Shown here: positions 1-6,950 of the stretch, piece by piece
How positions within the stretch are numbered: position 1 is the first letter of the stretch
Layout: every line of letters begins with the position of its first letter
NCBI GenBank assembly: GCA_964451115.1
Contig: CAYVGF010000005.1
Location: 1 to 26,158 of the forward strand
Origin: an uncultured Candidatus Saccharibacteria bacterium
Lineage (GTDB): Bacteria > Patescibacteriota > Minisyncoccia > UBA6257 > GWB1-50-10
Direction of reading: 5' to 3'
Length of the DNA stretch: 26,158 nucleotides
The notes under the pieces: model-generated
Seen by the model: the letters and a program-made list of their open reading frames with translations, nothing else
Databases searched by the model: none
Told to the model about the DNA's origin: nothing
Position numbers and translations under genes: made by a program

Positions 1-1
1 T

Positions 2-75
2 TGGTGCGGGATACGGGAATCGAACCCGTGCCTTCAGCTTGGGAAGCTGATATTCTGCCCCTAAACTAATCCCGC
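2..75 (-). tRNA. tRNA-Gly, anticodon CCC, encoded 3' CCA
   Basis: The minus strand folds as a cloverleaf: acceptor GCGGGAT/ATCCCGC, D-stem GTTT/GAAT, anticodon stem TCAGC/GCTGA with loop TT-CCC-AA, T-stem ACGGG/CCCGT with loop TTCGATT, then A-CCA. Confidence 0.96.
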
Positions 76-1754
76 TTTGGCAGATTTAATTTTTTAACTT
101 CTTTTTCTATTTCGCTTTCTTCAATTTTTTCAAACAGCGGCTTTGGTTCGGAAATTTCAACCCTGGCCAATAAAGTCTCCAGCGATTCTTTTTCGTTTTC
201 CGGCCAGCTCTCCAGTTTGATGCCAAGCATTTTAGACAGCTTTCCGTCTGTTTCAATTAAAAGCGGTTTGCCGGCTAAAAACAAGGCCAGAACGGCAAAA
301 AGCGCGTTGGTTAAAATTTCTTTTTTCTTGCTTTCATCCTTAACCAGCCAAGGAGTTTTAACGCTGAGATACTTATTGCCCGCCTCGGCTAACTGAACCA
401 GGGCCTCAATGTAATCCCGAAACCTGCCTTCCGCCAGGCTCCGCTTCGCCAAACTTATCCGGCGCAAAACATCTTCAGCCCAAGCGGCGTCCAAGTCTTC
501 TGGGGCAAACCTTCGGAAATCTTTAGCCAAATTTAAAGTCCGGTTGATAAAATTAGCGTAAGTGCCGATTAAAACGTTGTTGTGGCGGGCGGCAAAATCC
601 TGCCAACTGAAATTAGCGTCAGTTTTCTCCGGCATGATGGCGGTAAGATAAAACCGGACCGGATCTATGCCGTATTTTTCAGAAATATAACCGGAATCAA
701 CAACAACTCCCCGGCTCTTGGAAAACTTTTGGCCCTCCAAAGTCAGGTAATGGTTGATGAAAGGCACATCCGGCAAATGAAGTTCAGGATGAAAAACATG
801 AAGCTCGCCTGGCCAAAATAAAGTATGGAAAACCAAATTATCCTTGCCCATAAAATAATAATGCTCTGAATCCGCAGTAAGCCAAAAATCTTTCCAATCT
901 TTATTATATTTTTCCGCCCATTCAATAGAAGCTGACAAATAACCGATAACCGCTTCAAACCAAACGTAAATCCTTTTATGTTCAACGCCTTCAATTAGCT
1001 GGCTTTTTGGAATTTCTTTAACCGGAATTTCAATCCCCCACTCCAGATCCCTGGTGATAGCCCGGGGCTTCAAGCCAGCCTTAAGCCAGCCGGCTGTTTC
1101 TTCTCTAATCCAACCGCGCCAAGCCGCGCTTTTATTTGAAACATAACCTGCCAAAAAATCGCTAAGTTTAGGCCAGTCAAAGAAATAATGTTCGGTTTCC
1201 TTCAAAATTACTTCATCGCCAGTGATTTTGCTTTTGGGGCTTTTCAGCTCGCCTTCTTTAATCAGCCGGCCGCAGTTGTCACACTGGTCGCTGCGGGCAT
1301 TCTCAAACCCGCAGTAAGGGCAAACGCCTTCCACATACCGATCCGGCAAAAACCGGCCTTCTTTTTCAGAGTAATACTGGCGGGTAAAATCCTTAAAAAT
1401 AAATCCCTTCTTTAAGCTCTCAATAAAAAACTGCTGAACTATCTGGCGATGGTTGTCAGTGGTTGTTTTGGTAAAAATGTCAAAACTTAACCGCAGTTTT
1501 TTAAATAAATCTAGGTGGTGTTTATGGTAAATATTTACAATTTCCGCCGGCGGCAGATTTCTTTTCTCGGCTTCAATCGTAATCGGGGTACCGTAAGAAT
1601 CGGACCCCGAAACCATTAACACTTGGTTGCCGAGCAATCGGTGAAACCGGGCAAAAATATCAGCCGGCAAAAGGTAGCCGGCCAGATGCCCAATGTGGAT
1701 ATCGCCGTTGACATAAGGCCAAGCTACTCCAATAAAAATCCGTCTTTTAGCCAT
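66..1754 (-). CDS. metG: Methionyl-tRNA synthetase, ~562 aa, no C-terminal tRNA-binding appendage
   Basis: Motifs AWPYVNGDIHIGH, Zn knuckle CPYC..CDNC, YVWFEA, GKDN and KFSKS. Start placed at ATG 1754 (MAKRRIFIG) instead of the ORF-track 1856, whose extension runs through the structured RNA. Confidence 0.96.
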   Translation of the reverse strand: MAKRRIFIGVAWPYVNGDIHIGHLAGYLLPADIFARFHRLLGNQVLMVSGSDSYGTPITIEAEKRNLPPAEIVNIYHKHHLDLFKKLRLSFDIFTKTTTDNHRQIVQQFFIESLKKGFIFKDFTRQYYSEKEGRFLPDRYVEGVCPYCGFENARSDQCDNCGRLIKEGELKSPKSKITGDEVILKETEHYFFDWPKLSDFLAGYVSNKSAAWRGWIREETAGWLKAGLKPRAITRDLEWGIEIPVKEIPKSQLIEGVEHKRIYVWFEAVIGYLSASIEWAEKYNKDWKDFWLTADSEHYYFMGKDNLVFHTLFWPGELHVFHPELHLPDVPFINHYLTLEGQKFSKSRGVVVDSGYISEKYGIDPVRFYLTAIMPEKTDANFSWQDFAARHNNVLIGTYANFINRTLNLAKDFRRFAPEDLDAAWAEDVLRRISLAKRSLAEGRFRDYIEALVQLAEAGNKYLSVKTPWLVKDESKKKEILTNALFAVLALFLAGKPLLIETDGKLSKMLGIKLESWPENEKESLETLLARVEISEPKPLFEKIEESEIEKEVKKLNLPKRD

Positions 1755-1761
1755 TGGTTTA

Positions 1762-1789
1762 AGTTTAAAAAAATGAAGCGATAAATCAA
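1762..1789 (-). promoter_or_regulatory. Sigma70-type promoter for metG, leaderless geometry
   Basis: TTGATT (1789-1784), 16-nt spacer, TAAACT (1767-1762), then 7 nt to ATG 1754. Confidence 0.55.
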
Positions 1790-1797
1790 ATTCCACT

Positions 1798-1942
1798 AAA
1801 AAAGATCCCGCTTGTAGATTCTCCGGCTCTATTGAGCAAGTGGGTTCTCTCAGCATATAGCCCCCGAACGAATCAGCAGACTATAGCGCTTTCGAGATCC
1901 CTAACCGGAAATTTTGACCCGGAATCTATCATAGCGGGATCT
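1798..1942 (-). ncRNA. Candidate ~145-nt structured ncRNA, 6S RNA-like rod with a central bubble
   Basis: The closing stem AGAUCCCGCU/AGCGGGAUCU plus UAGAUU/AAUCUA and CCGG/CCGG encloses a central bubble and an upper irregular stem. An extended -10 lies 6 nt upstream and a U6 tract ends it. Existence is better supported than the 6S identity. Confidence 0.6.
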
Positions 1943-1948
1943 GTTGTT

Positions 1949-1957
1949 ATTATACCA
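1949..1957 (-). promoter_or_regulatory. Extended -10 promoter (TGgTATAAT) for the candidate ncRNA
   Basis: TG-g-TATAAT at 1957-1949. The predicted +1 at 1942 coincides with the first base of the closing stem. Confidence 0.65.
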
Positions 1958-1971
1958 AAACCCATTAAAAC

Positions 1972-1998
1972 AAAAAAGCCCCGCTAGATAAGCGGAGC
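1972..1998 (-). terminator. Intrinsic terminator after the hypothetical gene
   Basis: GCTCCGCT-tatct-AGCGGGGC hairpin followed by TTTTTTGTTTT, 11 nt past the stop at 2010. Confidence 0.8.
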
Positions 1999-2009
1999 AG
2001 GAATTTAAA

Positions 2010-2465
2010 TTACTCAACCCATTCATTGACCGCTATCTTTAGACTGCAACGGGGGCAGTAATAAATTCTGGCTTCATAATTTTTGAACTCTGATCCGTAA
2101 AAAATCTCTCGCCGGTGTAATTTGTTTTTTCTCATTCCGCTTAAACAGCGGGGGCAAACCTTGATTACCGAAGCGGTAAGCTCCAAACTGCACAGTCTGC
2201 ATTTAAGTTGGAACTGAATTGGCCGAAAGTTTTTATCGCCAATAAAGACGCCTGATTTTTTTTCTAAATCAACATCGCTGGCCAGCGCAAATTGGTGCTG
2301 GCAGGTGTTTTGGATGTCGTTAATAATTTTACGCAAGGCGTCAACGCCGGTTTTAACAAAATTGTGGCGCGGAAAAATAGTTTTATCCTCACTGTCATAA
2401 AAATCGTTGGAAGGCGCGCCGCCTTCATTTTCCCATCTATGGAGTTCAAAACTGTCTTTGCTCAT
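2010..2465 (-). CDS. Hypothetical ~151-aa Cys-rich (putative Zn-binding) protein
   Basis: AAGGAGGT Shine-Dalgarno 4 nt before ATG 2465. Contains CRLC, CPRC, CPRC, a CQH and an N-terminal RWENEGG. Flanked by terminators on both sides. Confidence 0.75.
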   Translation of the reverse strand: MSKDSFELHRWENEGGAPSNDFYDSEDKTIFPRHNFVKTGVDALRKIINDIQNTCQHQFALASDVDLEKKSGVFIGDKNFRPIQFQLKCRLCSLELTASVIKVCPRCLSGMRKNKLHRREIFYGSEFKNYEARIYYCPRCSLKIAVNEWVE

Positions 2466-2534
2466 CGGTACCTCCTTATTTTTTCGTTTTACCAAACAAC
2501 TGCCGGAAGTTTAGCAAGCGATGACAGTAAAATC

Positions 2535-2558
2535 AAGAAACCCCGCTTTCAACGGGGC
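2535..2558 (-). terminator. Intrinsic terminator after ndk
   Basis: GCCCCG-ttgaaag-CGGGGT followed by TTCTT, downstream of the ndk stop. Confidence 0.6.
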
Positions 2559-2585
2559 TCAAAATAAAAACTCTTGCCTCAACAG

Positions 2586-3164
2586 TTAGTCAACGCCAAA
2601 CCGCTGATAGCTGAAAATATCTTTGCCGCCAAACCAGTAATTAATCTCATGCTCAGCTTCTTCCGCCGTTTCGGAAGCATGGACTAAGTTGGCAATCGCC
2701 CGCCGCTCTTTGTTAGCTAAAGCTGGCGAGTCAACTGAGAAGTCGCCCCGAATTGTGCCCATTTCCGCCTTGGCTGGAATTGTAGGCCCCACAATTTTTC
2801 GCACCATGTCAACCGCATGCACGCCCTGGATTACCATTTTAACCATCGGCGCGGAAGTCATAAACTCAATCAGCCAGCCCCTAACCTGCTTGCCGATTTC
2901 CAACGGATCGTCGGTGCCAATTTCTTTGACCGGATCTAAATTATATTTCTGGTAAGTGTCCAGCGTCTTGCCTCCGACCCGCTTAAGCCAGGCTTCGTCT
3001 TTGGGGTAATGGTTGTCTATGTCTTCCGGCGTCGCCTGAAACATCTCCAAGGCCACGATTTTCAGGTCTCTCTGCTCAATCCGCTTAATAATTTCGCCGA
3101 TCAGGCCTTTTTTGACCCCGTCTGGCTTAACCATTAAAAATGTTTTTTCTTCTTTTGGATTCAT
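2586..3164 (-). CDS. ndk: Nucleoside diphosphate kinase, long form with internal insert
   Basis: TFLMVKPDGV, GTIRGDFS and the catalytic His in NLVHASE. Confidence 0.95.
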   Translation of the reverse strand: MNPKEEKTFLMVKPDGVKKGLIGEIIKRIEQRDLKIVALEMFQATPEDIDNHYPKDEAWLKRVGGKTLDTYQKYNLDPVKEIGTDDPLEIGKQVRGWLIEFMTSAPMVKMVIQGVHAVDMVRKIVGPTIPAKAEMGTIRGDFSVDSPALANKERRAIANLVHASETAEEAEHEINYWFGGKDIFSYQRFGVD

Positions 3165-3184
3165 AAGAAAATGATTATTAGCAA

Positions 3185-4627
3185 TTAATCGTTTTGACCT
3201 TTTAATTTATTGATTTTAAGCCCCAGTTCATCCAACTGCTTCTGGTCAACCGGCGCCGGCGCGCCCATCATCAAATCTCGGCCATCGCCGGTTTTAGGAA
3301 ACGCTATCACTTCCCGAATATTGGGCTCGTTTTGCAGAACCATTACTAACCGGTCAATGCCCGGCGCCATTCCGCCGTGGGGCGGCACGCCGTAGCGGAA
3401 AGCTTCCAAAATGTGGCCGAATTTTTCAATTACTTCTTCGCGCGGATTGCCCATAGCTTCAAAAACCGCGGCTAAAAGTTCCGGGTCGTGAATTCTGATA
3501 GAGCCGCCGCCAACTTCGTAGCCGTTCAAAACAAAGTCGTACTGGTAAGCGTAAATCTGAGCAGGATCTTCCTGGAACGCTTTTTTAAACTCTTCAGCGG
3601 TTAACGGCTCAAATCCGTTTTCACCTTTGACTTTGGGTTGGGTAAAAGGATGATGAACGGCGTCCCACCGGTTTTCGGTTTCTTTCCACTCAAACATCGG
3701 AAAATCAACCACAAACAGCGGCGCCAGCTCATTGGGATCGTCAGGATTGTCCCTTAGGTCGGGGCGGTCCGATTTATAATTTTTCATCGCTTCTTGGTAA
3801 GTCATTCTTAAAAACCGGCCGTCGGGAGCAAGTTTCAGCTTTTTGTCGGGATACAAATCCTTAAAAGCGCCGAGAAACAGCTTCTCAATTAAACTTAAAA
3901 CGTCTTCTTCCTCAACAAAGCTCATTTCCAGATCCAGCTGGGTAAACTCCGGCTGGCGGTCGCCGCGGGTGTCTTCGTCGCGAAAACAGCGGGCAATTTG
4001 GAAGTAGCGCTCAAAACCCGCCACCATCAGCAACTGCTTATATTGCTGGGGCGACTGGGGCAAAGCGTAAAATTTGCCGGGATAAACTCGGGAAGGCACT
4101 AAATAATCCCGGGCGCCTTCAGGAGTGGAGCGCCCTAAAATCGGCGTTTCAATTTCCACAAAATCTTCCTTAGTTAAGAAGTCGCGGATATACTTAATCA
4201 GCTTAAACCGGGCCCGCAAATTCTCAGCTAACCGCGGCCGCCTTAAATCCAGATAACGGTACTTCATTCTTACTTCCTCGCCGATGCTATAGCCGTCGCC
4301 GTAAACGTCTATCGGCAGAGTTTCGGCCTTATGGATAATTTTCAGGCCAGAAACCAGGACTTCGTAATCGCCGGTAGAAATTTCGGGGTTTTTCATGTTT
4401 GCCGGCCGCTCGTTAACTTGGCCGGTAATTTCAATCACCCATTCCGGCCTCAGGGCGTCGGCTTTTTCGTACAATTCCTTGTTTTTGGCAATAAAAACCA
4501 GCTGCACCAGCCCGCTGCGGTCCCTTAAATCAATAAAAATAATCTTGCCGTGGTCGCGGCGGCCGTTAACCCAGCCTCTTAAAATAACCTCTTGGCCGGA
4601 TAAGTTAACAATGTCTTTAACTAGCAT
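3185..4627 (-). CDS. aspS: Aspartyl-tRNA synthetase, bacterial type, lacking the GAD insertion domain
   Basis: OB-fold RRDHG..FIDLRD, TPEGARDYLVP, LPQSPQQYKQLLM, motif 2 FRDED..RQPEFTQLDLEM and motif 3 PPHGGMAPGIDR. Confidence 0.96.
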   Translation of the reverse strand: MLVKDIVNLSGQEVILRGWVNGRRDHGKIIFIDLRDRSGLVQLVFIAKNKELYEKADALRPEWVIEITGQVNERPANMKNPEISTGDYEVLVSGLKIIHKAETLPIDVYGDGYSIGEEVRMKYRYLDLRRPRLAENLRARFKLIKYIRDFLTKEDFVEIETPILGRSTPEGARDYLVPSRVYPGKFYALPQSPQQYKQLLMVAGFERYFQIARCFRDEDTRGDRQPEFTQLDLEMSFVEEEDVLSLIEKLFLGAFKDLYPDKKLKLAPDGRFLRMTYQEAMKNYKSDRPDLRDNPDDPNELAPLFVVDFPMFEWKETENRWDAVHHPFTQPKVKGENGFEPLTAEEFKKAFQEDPAQIYAYQYDFVLNGYEVGGGSIRIHDPELLAAVFEAMGNPREEVIEKFGHILEAFRYGVPPHGGMAPGIDRLVMVLQNEPNIREVIAFPKTGDGRDLMMGAPAPVDQKQLDELGLKINKLKGQND

Positions 4628-4637
4628 AATTAATAAA

Positions 4638-5504
4638 TTAGTAGGTAGTATAAACTCTTATCGGAGTTTTATCAATGGGGATTTTAACCGTGCCGTCCCT
4701 GTCGGTGCGGTAAATCTTGGCTCCGGCTGACGCCAGCCGGCTAAGGGCTTCCGGCGTTGGATGGCCGTAGCTGTTGTTTCCAACTTCAATCACCGCCACT
4801 TTCGGGCTGACCGCGCTTAAAAAGCCCGCGCTGGAAGAGTATTTAGAGCCGTGGTGGGGCGCTTTTAAGATGTCGGCCTGAACCATGGCAGGTCCGGCAG
4901 CGGCAATGATTTTCTTCTCGGTTTCAGCGCCAATGTCGCCGGTAAACAAAACGCTGAGCCTGGGGCTGCTTAGTTTCAAAACCAGCGAACTTTCATTTAA
5001 ATCGGCATTGGCAAAGACTTTCGGCGGCCAAACTGCGGCAATTTTGCTGTCGGAATAAAATATCTTGTCCGGAGCCAAAAAAGTTTCGTAATAGCTGCCC
5101 TTGAGCCTTTGCTCCAAATCCGCCAGCGCCGGATTGGGGCTAGTTTGGCCAGTCCATAAAAATGCCCGGATCTTGTAAGCCGCGGCAAGGTTAATCAAAC
5201 CGCCGAAGTGGTCGGTTTGGGGATGGGAGATAATCGCCAAATCAATTGTCCGGTCCCACCAAGGCAAAATTCTGGCCAGCTCTTTAACTAAGCGGTCGGA
5301 CGGCGGACCGCCGTCAATCAGGATTTTAACATTGTTCGGCAGTACTACCAGCTCGCTATCCCCTTGCCCGACTGCTAAAAAATAAACGGCGGGGGTTAGC
5401 CGTTCCGCCTTGATAATCTGCCAGCCTAAAGTCAAATCGGCCAGCAAAACCAAAAACAGGCCAATGGTTAATTTTTCTTTGTCAATTTTAAAAATGTTCA
5501 TCAT
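4638..5504 (-). CDS. ComEC C-terminal metallo-beta-lactamase-fold protein (stand-alone)
   Basis: VGQGDS, LIDGGP, SHPQTDH, LFTGD, PHHGS and YGHP motifs, with one N-terminal hydrophobic helix. Overlaps the upstream comEC ORF by 17 nt. Confidence 0.88.
   Translation of the reverse strand: MMNIFKIDKEKLTIGLFLVLLADLTLGWQIIKAERLTPAVYFLAVGQGDSELVVLPNNVKILIDGGPPSDRLVKELARILPWWDRTIDLAIISHPQTDHFGGLINLAAAYKIRAFLWTGQTSPNPALADLEQRLKGSYYETFLAPDKIFYSDSKIAAVWPPKVFANADLNESSLVLKLSSPRLSVLFTGDIGAETEKKIIAAAGPAMVQADILKAPHHGSKYSSSAGFLSAVSPKVAVIEVGNNSYGHPTPEALSRLASAGAKIYRTDRDGTVKIPIDKTPIRVYTTY
4647..4675 (-). promoter_or_regulatory. Sigma70 promoter for aspS-ndk embedded in the 3' end of the MBL gene
   Basis: TTGATA (4675-4670), 17-nt spacer, TATACT (4652-4647), 19 nt before the aspS ATG. 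Confidence 0.6.
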
Positions 5505-6945
5505 TGAACCTGTATTTATAATAAACCCAGCGAATAAACAAAATCAAAGCCAGATAATACCCGGCAAGCCAAACCCAACCAACCTTAACCGAGCTCAAAA
5601 AGCCCCACGAACCAAAGAAATTAATCAGGCCGATTTCCAAGTTCAGCAAAGCAGAGGTAAAAACAGCCGGCAAGAAAGACAAGCCGGCGCTAACAAAAGA
5701 AACGGCCAGCGTAAGGAAGCCTAAAAGCATAGTCGCCGGAATTAAGCTTAAGATAACCAAATTAGCCAAAAAAGAAGAAATTGAAACCTGGTTAAAATTG
5801 AAAATTAAAAGCGGCAAAACCGCCAGTTGGGCCGAGTAGGTAGTGCTTAAATTATCCCGCCAGTTAAAGGCGCTGAAATTTGGCCGGTTATCAAGCCGAA
5901 GGAGCTTGTCCAATGCCGGCTTCAGGTAAACCAAGCCTAAAACCGCCAAAAAAGAAAGTTGGAAGCCGATATCAAAAGCCAGAACCAAAGGGTTAATCAA
6001 GACCATTACTACCGCCGCCAAGATAATGGCGTTTTTAACGTCAAAAATCCGGCCGCTGGACCAGGCTAGAATGACAATAATTCCCATAATCGCCGCCCGC
6101 ACCACCGAAGCCTCTGCGCCGGTCATTACCACAAACCCCACCACACTCAAAACCGTAACAAAATAAGCGGCTTTCCTCGGTACCGAAAGCCCGATTAACA
6201 GGCCCATTAAGGCGGAAATAATAATGGCGATGTTGTAGCCGGACAAGGCGGTAAGGTGAGTAGTCCCGCTTCTAGCCATCGCTTCTTTGAAATTAGGGCT
6301 AAACCGGCTGGTGTCCCCTACCAGTAATCCGCTTAAAAACGACGCTTCGCCAAAAGAAAAAGTTTTTTGCAGTTTGGCAACGGCAAGGTTTTTTATTTGA
6401 AACAAGGCCCGCTTAATTGCCGACCCCTTGCCGGAAGCGGCAAGCTGGAGCCGGGGATAATAAACCAATCCCGATATCCCTTCTTTTGCCAGATAACGGC
6501 CGTACCCGTTGGCCGGCGCCGGCTTAATGGCGCCGCTCAAATTAATTAAATCCCCGTACTCATGCGGCGGGTAAGGATCGGTTCTGACCAGCACTGTGCC
6601 GGAAAAAGGAGACGCCAGTTTCAGCTTAAACTGCTGGTAATCAGGCGTAATTTTGGGGTTGTTGGCCACTATGCCGCTGAATTCTAATTTTTGGCCGAAA
6701 ACCAGATTATTTTGCTGAAAACCGGCCTGAAATCGGCTGAAATAAAAAGCGCCGATTAAAATAAACCCGGCCAGAGCCGCCAAAATGAAATAGGACCGCT
6801 GCCGCCGGTAAAAATAAATTATCAAAGCGCTGCCGCTGAACGCCAAAAACGCCAACAGCGGCACCAGGGCAAAACCGGCGCTTTTTAACAAAACTCCTAA
6901 AAGGAAAAAGGCGGCGGCGGAGAAAAAAACACCATCCGGACCCAT
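5488..6945 (-). CDS. comEC: ComEC/Rec2 competence channel, N-terminal OB and membrane competence domains
   Basis: Multi-TM protein with SGTTHLTALSGYN, VVRAAIM, DIGFQLSF and ANL motifs. Confidence 0.92.
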   Translation of the reverse strand: MGPDGVFFSAAAFFLLGVLLKSAGFALVPLLAFLAFSGSALIIYFYRRQRSYFILAALAGFILIGAFYFSRFQAGFQQNNLVFGQKLEFSGIVANNPKITPDYQQFKLKLASPFSGTVLVRTDPYPPHEYGDLINLSGAIKPAPANGYGRYLAKEGISGLVYYPRLQLAASGKGSAIKRALFQIKNLAVAKLQKTFSFGEASFLSGLLVGDTSRFSPNFKEAMARSGTTHLTALSGYNIAIIISALMGLLIGLSVPRKAAYFVTVLSVVGFVVMTGAEASVVRAAIMGIIVILAWSSGRIFDVKNAIILAAVVMVLINPLVLAFDIGFQLSFLAVLGLVYLKPALDKLLRLDNRPNFSAFNWRDNLSTTYSAQLAVLPLLIFNFNQVSISSFLANLVILSLIPATMLLGFLTLAVSFVSAGLSFLPAVFTSALLNLEIGLINFFGSWGFLSSVKVGWVWLAGYYLALILFIRWVYYKYRFNDEHF

Positions 6946-6950
6946 AGGCG

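Noticed and set aside
1755-1856. 34-aa N-terminal extension of MetRS in the ORF track
   Set aside because: It precedes the conserved start of the domain, runs through the structured RNA and its U-tract, and a promoter sits right before ATG 1754.
1798-1942. The structured RNA as a T-box, SAM riboswitch, SRP RNA, RNase P RNA or tmRNA
   Set aside because: I found no T-box UGGNACC motif, SAM-I core, SRP GNRA/AGCAG helix, RNase P GAGGAAAGUCC or tRNA-like ends, and metG has a separate promoter. This was judged by eye only; cmscan is needed.
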